A stretch of 63,185 bases of DNA, the filler included, from Aduncisulcus paluster (taxonomy: Eukaryota), in the NCBI GenBank assembly GCA_024181965.1. It is 5 parts of 5 records of this genome, joined end to end, with 100 filler letters (N's around TTAATTAATTAA, not from the genome) between each part and the next. Parts side by side here need not be neighbours in the genome. Positions count along the whole stretch, not along the records: positions 33,892 to 48,341 come from BQXS01012485.1; 4 more parts are not named here. One strand, given 5' to 3'. Below the pieces are notes generated by a model. It saw only the letters and a list, made by a program, of their open reading frames with translations. It had not been told where the DNA came from and did no database searches. The translations under genes were made by a program, and so were the position numbers. The stretch's first letter is position 1. Each line of letters opens with the position of its first letter. This document shows positions 34,639 to 47,732 of this stretch, piece after piece.

Positions 34639-37600
34639 TTATATTCCACCCAAAAGATAGCTTTCTACATCATCAGCGACACTTTCTTCCTCCCCAAAAG
34701 CGAAGAAGTGGAATTCACGATGTTCTGGTGCGTAAAACTCCTTAGGTCTCCCTATTTTCCAGGTATAATGCCCGCTGATATCTTCCATTTTCATTGATTG
34801 ATTCCATTCGATCTCTTCCGGGACAAGAGATATTGATGACACCTTACTCGAAACGATAGCATCACAAGAGACGAACATATTCGTCATATAACCTGTAAAA
34901 TCTGTCGAATTCATGTCAATTCCTTCACTCCACTCTTTACCTGCCTGTGTAACTTCATAGGCTCTCATTTGTATGATTCCACTTAGCTCCACATCAATAC
35001 AAATCCCACGGGCCCATCCATTCTCAATGCCAAGCTGGCATACGTGAACAAGAGCGGATGGGGGAAGGAAAGCTTGTTGATCTGGGGTCTTTTTTCGTTC
35101 ATCTCCTATTCTTTCAAGTAGTTTTCCAACGTTCATCCCACCATCTTCTTCCTCTTCCTCTTCTTCCTCTTCCTCTTCTTCTTCAAGTTGTTCAGATTCT
35201 CGGTCAGTGACGATGCGAGTCTGAATTATTCCAATACCAACGAGATCATCAAACAATGGATGGTGCGGGAGTGAGTGATTGGGACTCACTCTAACACTCT
35301 GTGATGTTCCCATCTGTGGTGGAACTGTCATGGCACAGACTTCAATAGTATTTTCAACACCCTCAACCTCTTTCCCCCATAAATAAGCACATACGCATAC
35401 CTCAGTGTCAGCCATTTGCAGGAAAGAGTTGACAAGAGAAGAAGGAATAATAACATTTGTCTTGGAAGTGTCGACATTCTTCTCTTCTCGAGCTTGCTGT
35501 TGAATATCCAAAGAAGCTGATATGGAATCAATAACCTTCAATCTACGTCCCCACAGAGAAGAAGCTTCAGCAATTCTGAGACTCCAATTCTTCTGACTGG
35601 GTCCATGGGCATCAGAGCCATCTCCATGAATGTGGACAGCCGTGTGAGTGAGTATTTCTTCTCCAAGCGCACCAACAGTCTTCACAAGCATCATTTCTGT
35701 GTGGCCTGTGCCTTCTTCCTCTTTTCCCTTCACTCCTTCGACCATTTGTTGACGTTCATCGCTGACTTTCTCAATCTTGGCACCCAAAATAATACTCTTA
35801 ACTTCCTCGTCTGTGAGTGCATGTGGATTTACATGAGAACGCTCACAGTAATCAGCAACAATGATATCACGGAGCTGGCCCTCAACACCCATCCAATCTC
35901 TTGTGCTCCGTTTGCACCAGACGAACCTTGATGGGGTATGGGCGGTGGGCTTAACAAGATCCCAGGTCTTGTCAGGGTTAACATGGAGAGCACGAAGAAT
36001 CAGGATAAGTCGAATGAAACATGTTCTTGAATCGACTTGCTCAGACATAAGCCAATCGTCATAAAGATTGATTAATGAAGCAATTGGTTTATCAGCTTGC
36101 ATAACAAAGTTCTCAATCTTTGAAATTCGCATAAGTGCTTTGAAAGGAATGGAAAGATCAGAACCACGGAAAGATATGTTTGGAAAGTCTTTAATGTCGA
36201 CAGAAATGGGATCAACCAGCTGTTTACGCATGATAATAAGCATATTGGGACGCTCACCAACGGGAACGGCTCCGATCCTGGCCACAACTTCTTCAGCAGC
36301 CTTCCAACGAGATAATTGTGCCAAACGTTTCTGACCACTCCACACCGATTTGTGAATAACCTTGATATAGCACACACCTGAGTTCGGATTGAATATTGCC
36401 AATGATCCATTGTTTGTCTTTGTTGTTCTTGACCCCTCGACTGTCCTATGCATTGTAACAGAATGTACATTGGAATCATCAATCATCCATGTTGTTGAAG
36501 ACTTCACAAACATCTCAGCCATGTTTACAGCATTAAGAAGAGGCACGGTGGGTTCAGAGGAGAAGAGACGAAGAGAGTTTTGGACCCTGTCTCGAAGTTC
36601 ATACAGACATGGATTATCCTTCATCACTTTCATCATAATGAGACGAATGACAGGCTTCAGACCAGGAATCCATCTTCCGTAAGCAGAGAAACAGTTGTAA
36701 GCAAGATCAATGGCAACGACAACGCCATATGGATTCGGATATTGTGTTGTCGCAGGATCAGTAAATAAGTCATACCTGGATTTGGCATATTTGTCAATGT
36801 TATGGCTGTCATAGTCACCCCACCTGAGCCTCAGATCGATCCAGGTCTTGTCTGTACGTAAGCTCGATGAGTATTCAAATACATCCTTATTGAAATACAT
36901 TGAAGATCCTTGCTTGTTACGACTCACAATCCATCCCTCGGGTGAACTACAATGAATTATGATATCAGCACTGCTTGAACTCATTTTATACGTGTCCTTA
37001 CTTGCCTTCTTCTGTTCTGAAACATAGTCAATTGACAAAGGAATAACTTGTTGGTCCAAGGCTTGACACAGATCCTTCACAACACTGCTATGGATCTTCT
37101 CCCAAAGATGAGCCCTGAAAAGCTGAACAAGACTGATCTTAAGAGTGGGAATCTTTCCATGCATGAAAATACCAGTCAAATCAAGCTGTACTTTGAAACC
37201 CACGTATACGTCTGCCCTGTTGATTGTGGGAGCCCACCATAGAGTGAATTTTCTGTTTGGAATCTGACTCAACCCCATTCTCTGAGCGTTAGTAAGCTTT
37301 CTAAACCGTAATTGCTGGTCGAATGTCTTACTTTCAGTCTCCCAAAGCAATCCTTCCCAGCTTTCATGTCCAGTGGCCTTAAAGAGAGAATGCTCAAGGA
37401 TGACATCAGCACCTCCAAGGCTCTGTACAACATCCATAGAGTATCCACCAAAATTATGGAGCTTTCCTTCATGTTTAGGAGAAGTCCAGAAGAGAGAGAA
37501 TAAACGATCATCCTGATGCTTTCTATTGGCATGACGTTGTCTCCATCCTTTGTCAAAAGCCAGTGTCAGTCTATCCTTGGAGAACAGAGTGGACAATCTT

Positions 37601-40600
37601 GGTAAACCTTTGTCCAAGTTATCAGACAACTCATCGAATGTGACCTTCTTCCCTTGACTCTTTGCTATATGTTCCCTTCGAATATACTCAGTCCATACAC
37701 GTTCAGATTCACTCATCTCACTGTACCATGGCAAAACATACCTGTAGAGCACAGGAATAACGTTTCTTCCACCAACCATCTTATTAGCTTCACTCGAAGA
37801 GGAGAATCTATCCAAACCAGAACGATAGTGTGTCGCTATTCCTTCCTCTTCAATCCTCAGATCTGTTTCTGGTATTGATATACTCCCCATACTGAACATT
37901 CCAAGTCCTCCAAGCACTTTTGGAGCATAGAAAACAGTTGGGGGGAAACGTGAGGGCATCTTTGAATTGAGACCCATCTTAACACATGTTTGGATCTTGT
38001 CTTCAAGCTTCACAAGTAAAGCCAAAAGAGATGGAGTGTTGGGAATGGCTTCACGGAAATACGAAACAAATGCAATCACAGAACTGTTCCAACGGTTTAT
38101 GATCTTCTCAAAAGTCGTCGCTGAAGAAGCAAGAATAACCTTTTGAATCTTTACCTTAAAATCATATTGTGATTTCTGAGAAACTTTAACCTCAACTGTG
38201 CCTCGTAGATCGCCTTCAGAATCCTTCATTCTCCACAAACTCTCCTTATGATTTAGAGCGAAATGAGGAGATTGTTTGGGTGTAATATTGACATCAAACC
38301 CAGCATACGACAATAAAAGGTTGTGTGAGACCCGAGAATAGACAGAGAAAGCAGTGCCAGGATCATCATAGTTGATTGTACCAAAGTGTTTAAAGGCAGA
38401 CGATTGAATACTCCAGAACAAAGCCTTACAAATAAGAACATCACGACTGTTAATGTTCATCTGATACTTAGATACCCAGTTTGTATGAGTTGGGAAGAAA
38501 GAGGAGAAGAAAGGCGTGTGATTGTTTATATCGAACATCTCTGAAGGACTGAATGTTTGATCGATTGGGCCATCAGCTCCTTCAGAGGTTGAGAGTGAGT
38601 TCATCAAGATACGGTCACCGACAATTCTCTTCATTCTCTCTTCTTCAAGGTTGTATCTTTCAAGAAGGGCTTCGATCTGACCATTATTTAGTTTATAAAC
38701 AACAGTAATCTTATTTGTATCACGGACATACATAATGATTGGGCATTGTGAGTGGATGGATTGTGGTTGAGAGGTCTTGGAAGGTGCAGCAACGGGGGAT
38801 TCACGTTTACCCAGTTCGATGGCTCTTTCCTCTCCAAGAATGGTCATATCCACGATAATACGGAGTACATTCTCGATAAACACACTTGTTTGAATACCAT
38901 TGATGATACCTTTCCCATTTTTGTACCTCATATCTTTGTACATGACTTCAATTGAGTGTCTTGAAGTCAGATAGTCGGCAAGCACAGGAGAAACCACGAG
39001 TTTCAACAGCGAATTGACAAGTGTCAGTGGAATATTGTCTAATAAATCTTTCATGGTAAACTGAACACACGCGACAACACTGCCATCACTCACATCCCAC
39101 ACGTGTTCCATTCCTTCGGACGTGAGGAGGGCTTCTGTGAATTGATACAAGACGGCTGGTTGTGGTTTGCTATCACAAGGGGTACACCACGAAGGCAGCA
39201 AGAATCGACGACCATAGCCTTCATATGACAAATACTGATCAACATAGGCATCGACAAGTTTCTCAAATGGATCAAAATAGAAATGAGATATGAGTTTCCG
39301 ATGCAGTTCGGTGAATCCAACGACAGCTTGTTTCCATGTTCTCTGAGTAAGAATTGTTCTCTTAATTCTTGCGAGGCTTTCCTTGGGCGAATCGAAGACC
39401 TGTTCAATTAAACTAAGTTCTGCATGCTGTTCAGAGTTCAACACCGATGACAATGAGAAGAATGACTTTAAATATTCTAAACATAGCATCAGAATATGAG
39501 TATCTTGCTTGTATGAAGGCGGAGGAGTGGGAATAATCGAGAAGAGGAAAGAAGAGAGAGGATTGATCGAATGTAAATGGTTATCTGCTTCATTTTTAAG
39601 TAACATTTGGTTCGTTGAAGTTGAGGAAATGTTGCTCACAGATCTTCTTGCTAGCACTTTCTTTCTATAGGCAATATATGGAACAACTCTAAACAGATAA
39701 TTCTCAAGAACTCTTCTGACTTCCACACTTGTTTTCGCATCAATAGATTCAACAAACTCATACATTCCAATTCCTTTCATTTCTCTCTGTTTCTCTCTCA
39801 CCCACATCCTTCCCAAACGTCCAATGTTCTTCTTTTGTGCTATTTTTGGAACTTTCATCCCTTCCTCAAGCTTTCTTCGATTGTACAGGGTAATGTTGAT
39901 CCACCAACGATCTTTTACAGCTACGTACCTTTGTATAAGGTTGATCAAGGCAGGTGGCATGACATCTTTCACAGCTTTGGCCCAGTCCACCCCACTTCTC
40001 CAACATCTCCATGCCTCGGACAAGTGTGTGAGGAGCATCTTGCTCTTTGTGCGAGCAATTGAAGCAGGGACGACAGAAGCAAAATCACGAAGGATATCAA
40101 ACCTCATTATTTGATCGAATGCAGGCTCTGTGGTCTGGCTTGACAACAAACCTGTCCTCTTCTTCTTCTCTCTGCCACTATATTGACGCTTCACAAGGTT
40201 AGTAAGCCATACATGGAGAACGGGCACACATCCTCTAATGAAAGACAGCCATTGATGGAACAAGGGGAACCAAAACCCACTTCCAAAGCCAGTTAATGGT
40301 GTTTCAGGGTGGTCGTTATCTACTGTCTGTGCAGAATGGTCCTTTCTATTGGCAGCCGAAGCTTCAAAATCTCCATATCTTTTCACAATAATGTGTCTCA
40401 GGGCTTTACACCGTTTTTTTGTGTGCATAGACTGATATTTGTATCTATAAATAGCCGTAAACTCTCCAACTTCTCCCAAAAGATAGTATAACCCATCGGC
40501 AAGTTGATATGAGTTGATATTGCCTTTTCTGAAGCTCACGTGAATATCCACAATGTATTTCACAAGACGCATAATCTCTCTCAGCAGATGGAATCCATGG

Positions 40601-43527
40601 CCGAAGCGACTCCTTTTCCTTTCCTTTGTCGTTAAAGTCTTAAGAGGTTTCAAGTTAAAGTTATTATCGAGGACTAATATCATATGACAGTTCTTCTTGT
40701 GAATGAGCATGTTCAGTGCAATGTGGCCTTGAGTTACCAATTGAAGGGCAGCCTCCATCCAATCCATTTCTTTCTCAACAAAGAACTTCGTACGTTCAAG
40801 TTGTTTGATAATGGATTCTTTTCTCTTGCGTTTTGACCAGTGAGCTTTTGACGATTTCCCTGAGGTGATGTTGCTTGAAGAAAGAGCCACTCTCCTGCCT
40901 CCAGCTCGCGAAGAGAGAGAACCACCCACGCCTCGCACTCTGACTTGATCTTTCAGTTGAACTTTAATTCGGTGCTTGTTAAGGAATTTATAAGCTCGAG
41001 TGAGTGATACGTTTGTTTCAAACTCCAAAGAAACAGTATCTTTTATCGAAGGAGCAAAGAAAGCAGTTCTAATAACTTTAACAAACTCTTTCCTTTGATC
41101 ATATTCCCATTTTGAGAGGCTGGTAACACGTTGTTGGTCAACCCATTGATTTGTCACGAAGGTTCCAACGTCCATCAAGCGTTTTGTTGTCGAAGATAAG
41201 TCAAATGTATTCGATGAGAACAAGATCCACAGAGAGGTTAAGATAGAAGAGACAGAAAGAGGGAAAGGGGGCTTGGAGCAGATTGGAGGAGGACAGAAAG
41301 GTTCCAGAGAAGAACCAATAAAAGAAGANNNNNNNNNNNNNNNNNNNNAATAACTTTAACAAACTCTTTCCTTTGATCATATTCCCATTTTGAGAGGCTG
41401 GTAACACGTTGTTGGTCAACCCATTGATTTGTCACGAAGGTTCCAACGTCCATCAAGCGTTTTGTTGTCGAAGATAAGTCAAATGTATTCGATGAGAACA
41501 AGATCCACAGAGAGGTTAAGATAGAAGAGACAGAAAGAGGGAAAGGGGGCTTGGAGCAGATTGGAGGAGGACAGAAAGGTTCCAGAGAAGAACCAATAAA
41601 AGAAGAGTCAGATATAGGATTATTATTACTTTCAATATATTCAAAAACACACTGTGATATATCTTTCTTCCCTTCTTCTTCCTCTTCTTCCTCTCTCTCT
41701 TCATCTCTCTCTTCCTCTTCCTCTTTCCCCTTTTCAGGTTCCTTGGAGTCAACATCCCATGAAGTTAGAACAAAAGAAGACAGAGAGGAATCATTATCAG
41801 TGGATATACGGTCTCCAAAGAACAGGAAAGGGCATTCATCAAGTTCATCGCCAGTTTCAGAAGAACCATGGAATCTTGTTGATAGCCTTTTTGAACCCTG
41901 TGATGATCTTCTTCTCCTTCTTCTATCTCTTCTTCTTCCTGATCTGTGTACAGTATAGCTATTACGAGAAGAATTTTCCTCGTCTTCTCCCTTCTTCTTC
42001 TCTTTCATCATCATATTCTTCTTCTTCACCGCCTGTCAAATGTATGATCGGATCTTCCCACTTTTTCCACTCAGAATCATATCTCTCAGACTCAACACAT
42101 GTAACATATTCTTTAAAAATCTCTCCATTTAAGGGTTCACAAGAGTTGTGGAAAGAAGGGAACTGGTGGTACATTTCATATTCCATTGTATCTTCAAGAA
42201 GTTCCTCCATCTCCTCTCTCTCTCCTCTCTCATCTCTCTCTTGTTCTTCAGATTCTTGTCCATATCCCCGATCTTCGTCCTCCTCTCTCTTCCCCATCCT
42301 TCTCTTCCTCTCTTCCTCTCTTCGTATACGATCCTCTTCAACGGCATTCCTTACTCGGAGTAGAGGATGCGTGTGAACAGTCGAGGGAAGGGTGTTAACT
42401 GGATCGTCTCTGTACAAATGCGGGTACGTGACAATATTGACAGTGCTGCGGCCTCCAAGAATAGTATATTCATACTTTATGGCACGATACGTACGATTAC
42501 GAAACGTTTCAGGTTTGGAGTTGTATTCATAATTGTCCAAATACTCAACATCAGCACCCAGCTGGGAGATACAACTGCTTTGTCCCCACCCATCATTCCA
42601 CTCTTTCGGACGATGGATATCAATATCGCTGTAGGCAACAGAAGTGGCAGCAGTCGTTGTCAGATCAGAAGAGGAGGAGGAAGAGGATGGGGAAAGGGAA
42701 GAATTTAGTTGGCCTCCTTTGGCATTCTTAATACTCGTCCAACTCCTCCTTCCGGCTTCTCCTACCCTGCCAGCACGGCCTGACGATGTTTCGGAAGTGT
42801 TAAGAGGTTCAAAACGGGGCATATGGGTCAGGATCACTGACAAGGATTTGGAATTATTGATGGTTTTAAAATCTTTTAGATATCTTCGAGAAGGACGTTC
42901 AGGAATGAATGGTGGGAGAATAAAAGGCCTTTTAGACAGAGTTTCGTCAATTAAATTAACACTACCCATTGAAGCAAGGATATGGTGAGGGTTTTTGGAG
43001 AATACTAGAGGAAATTCAGAAGAGGGGAAAATGACAGAGCAAAACCGAGCTAAGGCTCCCATTTCATCAACTGAGAAACTATACTTTGAATATTTTTCTC
43101 CATTTGTATGTTTTGACGAGTCTGATAATGGTTTTGGATCATAAAAACAATCTTCAAGAATATCTTCGCCATCACTCTTAAATTTATATTCCATTGCATC
43201 TGGAGGTTCAATTTCTGCCATTTCATCATCATAATTTGGAAAGACTGTCTCGTCATCATAGATTGGGAAGAATGGGCGGGGATACTTCTTTCCAGAATTC
43301 TTTTTATCATTCATGGCGAGCCACATTGTTGCCATTTGTGCAAGAAATAATGGCTTTATAACTTTTGGAGTGTCTTTTACGATTGTAAGGGCGTTATCAA
43401 CATGATGTAATACCTTAACAAACTTCCCCTGTTCCCAGGGCATTGGAATATTTTCTAATAGCTTATATATTGCATGAGGAATAAATTTTAGGGCTCCAAT
43501 AGATGCCCAATTCTTATCATCGGACAT
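34639..43527 (-). CDS. PRP8: Pre-mRNA splicing factor 8, divergent and insertion-rich (~2860-2870 aa after removing the assembly duplication and one frameshift near 41990)
   Basis: GALKFIPHAIYKLLENIPMPWEQ; FNLKPLKTLTTKERKRSRFG; GLNSKMPSRFPP; LTNAQR.GL.QIPNR.FTLWW.PTINRA.VYVGF; RWGDYDSH; P.EFY..EHR. Confidence 0.96.
41071..41606. repeat. Assembly artefact: 258-bp duplication around a 20-N gap inside PRP8
   Basis: 41071-41328 = 41349-41606. Confidence 0.9.
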
Positions 43528-43697
43528 TAGTGACCAAAATGAGATTTCAAATGTATGGAAATAAATGTCGGGTATAAATTTGATTTTGAAATATAAAAGA
43601 CGATATAAAAGAGAGATTGGACATTCAATTTTCCATTTATTCAATCCAATCAACCCAATCATTCCATCACCATGACTGGCTTCTTTTGGTTGTTGGA

Positions 43698-45449
43698 ATG
43701 CCTACTATCCGTGTTAATGAGCATGCCCTTCGGGAAGCACTTGAAATTGAGACTTCTAAAGAGTTAGATAGTCTCTTATTCATGTATGGACTTGAATTGG
43801 AAGAGGACGAAGATCCTGCTCTGATTAAAGTTGATATTCCCGCAAACAGACCTGATCTTCTATCTATTGAGGGATTGATTATCTATTTACGCCGGTATAT
43901 GGGAACTGGACCTGCCCCTAGAATGAAACCTGTTGATATTGGTGAATCTATGCTTAAAATGACAGTTAAAAGTGAAGAAGTTGATCAAATTAGGCCTTTT
44001 GTCGTCTGTGCAGTTCTTCGTGGAGTCACCTTCACCGAGGCGGCTTATAATTCTTTCATTGATCTCCAAGATAAACTTCACCACAATTTGTGTCGTCGTA
44101 GGAGACTTGTTGCCATTGGAACCCATGATTTGTCGACCATTAAAGCTCCTTTCAGATATCATGCCCTCCCACCCAAAGATATTTCCTTCATTCCTTTGAA
44201 CTGCACTGAAGAGATGGACGGTGACGATCTCATGAAGCATTACGAACATTCCCATCTTTCTGACTTCCTTACAATCATTCGTGATAGTCCTGTATATCCC
44301 GTTATTTATGATTCCGATGATGTCGTCCTCTCTCTTCCCCCAATCATTAACGGTGACCACTCGAAGATTTCCCTCCATACAAAAGACGTCTTCATTGAAG
44401 CCACTGCCACCGACCATACCAAGGCTATGATGGCTGTGAACTCCCTGACAACCCTCTTCTCCATGCACTCCTCTACTCCTTTCCAAGTGGAACAAGTTGA
44501 GGTCATATATGAGAAAGCTGACGGTTCCAAGGTCAGTGAAATCACTCCTTCCCTTAAAGAAGTGTCCTTGAGCGTTGGAATGGACCTTATCAAGTCATAC
44601 AGTGGTGTCGACTTGTCTCGTGAAGAAGCCTGTGAATGTGCCAACAAAATGGGTCTTGTGTGTTCACCTTCACCTAAATGTGACAAAGAGATTGATTGCA
44701 TCGTTCCTGTTGCCCGTGGAGACATTATGCATGCCTGTGATATCGTCGAGGATGTGATCATTGGATACGGTCTTGATAAGATCCCACAGCACCTTCCCGA
44801 GGCCGTTGGTTCCTTCTTGCCACTCAATAGATTCACTGATCTCCTCAGAATGGAGCTTGCCATGGCTGGATACACTGAGACGTTGAATTTCTCCATGTGC
44901 AGCGCCGATGATTATTTCTACGGCCGTGGATTCCCCCTTCAGCAACACCCAAACCCACATGTTTGTGATGGCAAGGGAGGTGCTGTGTGGTTATCTAACC
45001 CAAAGACCGAATCATTCCACATTATGCGTCCTTCCGTCTTCCCTGGTTTGATGAAAGCTCTTGGAAGGTCTAAGATCCTTGCCAGACCCGTGAAACTCTT
45101 CGAAACTGCCGATATTACTGTCTCTGATGAAAAAACTGACACTGGAGCCCGCAATGAGAGGCATATTGGTGTGGTTTACAGTGCTGCTGAGGATGGATTT
45201 GAGCACATTCATGGTATTTGTGATTTTATTGTCCAGAAAATTGTGACTGAGGCCAAATGGGAGAAAGGAATGTCTTTGAAACTCATTGAGGAAGAACATT
45301 GTGAGTTCCTCTCAGGTCGTGGAGTCAAGGTTATGTATGAAGGTAAAGAGATTGGTAAGTTTGGTGTTGTTCACCCTCGTCTCATCAAGTACTTCGATAT
45401 TGGATTCCCATGTTCCTATCTCGAACTTAACCTTAACAAACTTCTCTAA
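43698..45449 (+). CDS. FARSB: Phenylalanyl-tRNA synthetase beta subunit, cytosolic type
   Basis: MPTI.V; DIPANRPDLLSIEG; YNSFIDLQDKLHHNLCRRRRLVAIGTHDL; VLSLPPIING.HSKI; RGDIMHACDIVEDV.IGYG. Confidence 0.97.
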   Translation: MPTIRVNEHALREALEIETSKELDSLLFMYGLELEEDEDPALIKVDIPANRPDLLSIEGLIIYLRRYMGTGPAPRMKPVDIGESMLKMTVKSEEVDQIRPFVVCAVLRGVTFTEAAYNSFIDLQDKLHHNLCRRRRLVAIGTHDLSTIKAPFRYHALPPKDISFIPLNCTEEMDGDDLMKHYEHSHLSDFLTIIRDSPVYPVIYDSDDVVLSLPPIINGDHSKISLHTKDVFIEATATDHTKAMMAVNSLTTLFSMHSSTPFQVEQVEVIYEKADGSKVSEITPSLKEVSLSVGMDLIKSYSGVDLSREEACECANKMGLVCSPSPKCDKEIDCIVPVARGDIMHACDIVEDVIIGYGLDKIPQHLPEAVGSFLPLNRFTDLLRMELAMAGYTETLNFSMCSADDYFYGRGFPLQQHPNPHVCDGKGGAVWLSNPKTESFHIMRPSVFPGLMKALGRSKILARPVKLFETADITVSDEKTDTGARNERHIGVVYSAAEDGFEHIHGICDFIVQKIVTEAKWEKGMSLKLIEEEHCEFLSGRGVKVMYEGKEIGKFGVVHPRLIKYFDIGFPCSYLELNLNKLL

Positions 45450-45841
45450 TACTCAGCTTAGCCATTGAAAATTTCAATTTGAAATTATACTCAATAAATT
45501 GGGTCTTCAAAATCCTTTTCNNNNNNNNNNNNNNNNNNNNGTGATTTTATTGTCCAGAAAATTGTGACTGAGGCCAAATGGGAGAAAGGAATGTCTTTGA
45601 AACTCATTGAGGAAGAACATTGTGAGTTCCTCTCAGGTCGTGGAGTCAAGGTTATGTATGAAGGTAAAGAGATTGGTAAGTTTGGTGTTGTTCACCCTCG
45701 TCTCATCAAGTACTTCGATATTGGATTCCCATGTTCCTATCTCGAACTTAACCTTAACAAACTTCTCTAATACTCAGCTTAGCCATTGAAAATTTCAATT
45801 TGAAATTATACTCAATAAATTGGGTCTTCAAAATCCTTTTC
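45220..45841. repeat. Assembly artefact: 301-bp duplication of the PheRS 3' end around a 20-N gap
   Basis: 45220-45520 = 45541-45841. Confidence 0.9.
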
Positions 45842-46147
45842 ACGAATCATGACTGGCGAATGGTGAATCACCACTGGTGATGTTGTCGTCATTTCTTCGT
45901 AATCAGTATCATTATCCATGTATTATTCCAAGGCTAGAAGAAATTCTCTCGTCAGAATAATTTCTTTTGCATTGCAAATACAAGGGAGCAGATGGCGAAC
46001 CATTGACAATTCTTATCCCACCAGGCTCCTTTCCAATAATGAATATTCTGTATCAATTCTCTCATTTCCCACTACTTGAGATATCTCTATTGTATCTATA
46101 CATCCTTTGAACTTTTCGAGCTTTGGTGGAGTGTCAGCAATAGACAT
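45840..46147 (-). pseudogene. Possible decayed coding fragment
   Basis: Frame MSIADTPPKLEKFKG...LVG*ELSMVRHLL...LALE*YMDND looks coding-like but has two in-frame TAA. Confidence 0.25.
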
Positions 46148-46202
46148 CTCCAACCAACATCAACATCCATCATTGCGATATGATTCACCTCAGACATCTG
46201 TC

Positions 46203-46852
46203 AAACGACTATTTCTGAGAAGACTGACACGCAAGGGAATAAAAGTACAATGTCTTTCTTTGCAGACAACATAATAATCCTTGGATTATTTCCATGGAAG
46301 TAGAGATGATCACTCCACTGCAATTATTTCCTCATCTATATTGAAAAAAATAGGGAGTAGATCGTGAAACATCGACTATTCTTCTCCATCCACGTTCCTT
46401 TCCCTTCAATCTCACACAATACAACATTATCCAAATCAATAGGAAGGAAGTGCCATTCATTGTAATGTTCAGGTCTTGAAAATTCATACTTCTTGAATGT
46501 CTTCTTACCATCACAATNNNNNNNNNNNNNNNNNNNNAAACGACTATTTCTGAGAAGACTGACACGCAAGGGAATAAAAGTACAATGTCTTTCTTTGCAG
46601 ACAACATAATAATCCTTGGATTATTTCCATGGAAGTAGAGATGATCACTCCACTGCAATTATTTCCTCATCTATATTGAAAAAAATAGGGAGTAGATCGT
46701 GAAACATCGACTATTCTTCTCCATCCACGTTCCTTTCCCTTCAATCTCACACAATACAACATTATCCAAATCAATAGGAAGGAAGTGCCATTCATTGTAA
46801 TGTTCAGGTCTTGAAAATTCATACTTCTTGAATGTCTTCTTACCATCACAAT
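46203..46852. repeat. Assembly artefact: 315-bp duplication around a 20-N gap
   Basis: 46203-46517 = 46538-46852. Confidence 0.9.
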
Positions 46853-47732
46853 CAGTGAAAGTGAAGAGAAGAGAGGGTGAACTATTAAACTTACTCACAC
46901 AGATATAAGCACCTTTCATGGGACTAGGTGATGGAAAAGGGATGGAAAGATGGGATAATTCCACACTACATTCCCCTTTTAACATTCTTTGTGCATCTGA
47001 ACTCTGATCATACACCTCAGATTCCTTACTATAAACATTCTTGCACTTAACCATTGTAAATGAAGGATCTACAAGCTTTAAATCATCTAGTGGAATGGGA
47101 ATAGATTTTCTACCTCCTTCCTTAACAAACTCTGGTTTTACAACTTGAGCTTCAGACCATAGTTTTTCTCTGGCTTCACGAGCTGTGATTTCTTCAGGGG
47201 TTTCTTCTCTACTAATGAAAACAAGGGAGAGGATTTTAAACTACTCTGTCTCTCTTCCTTTCCCTGTAATCTCACACAAAAGAACATCAGGGAGATCAAC
47301 AGGAAGGAAATACCAATGATCACCTTCAAATTCAGGAAATTCGTATTTCTTGGATGCTTTCTCACCCTTTGAAGATGTGAGAGTGAAGATAAGGTGTGAT
47401 GGTGGAAAAGAATAACGATATCGGCGTGAAGCCCAAGATATACCATATAGACAGATAAAAGCCCCTTTCATTGGAGAAGATGAAGAGAAAGGAATGGAGA
47501 TATGGGTAAATTGTCCTATATTACCCTCTCCTTTCATCATCTCTTGTGCATTAGAACTCTGATCGTACTCTTCATCTCCTTCTTCCTTGCTTTCATCTAT
47601 TGCTTCGATAGTTGAAAATGCTGCACTCTTAACATTGAGGGCATCTCCAGGAATTGGACAGCAACCCTCACTTCCTTCATGAACAAACTCAGGTTCCACC
47701 GTTTGAACAACAGCATCTGTGTATGAACTCAT
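46621..47732 (-). pseudogene. Disabled member of a lineage-specific family with two tandem beta-sandwich domains
   Basis: Two internal repeats (PEFV.EG...YDQSS.AQ.M.KGE...H.SIPF...SPMKGA.IC...KKYEF...W.FLP.DL..V.LCEI.GKG); in-frame TAG at 47241-47243; T7 frameshift at ~46680; in-frame TGA at 46645-46647. Confidence 0.75.

Noticed and set aside
37300..37360. PRP8 intein
   Set aside because: The usual insertion region is contiguous with LTNAQR, and there is no C...HN intein block.
13066..46852. Five 200-315 bp tandem duplications, including an apparent second PheRS 3' end
   Set aside because: Each is exact and straddles a 20-N gap: unmerged contig overlaps.
47241..47243. Stop-codon readthrough at the in-frame TAG
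   Set aside because: The same gene also has a frameshift and an in-frame TGA, so decay is the simpler explanation.
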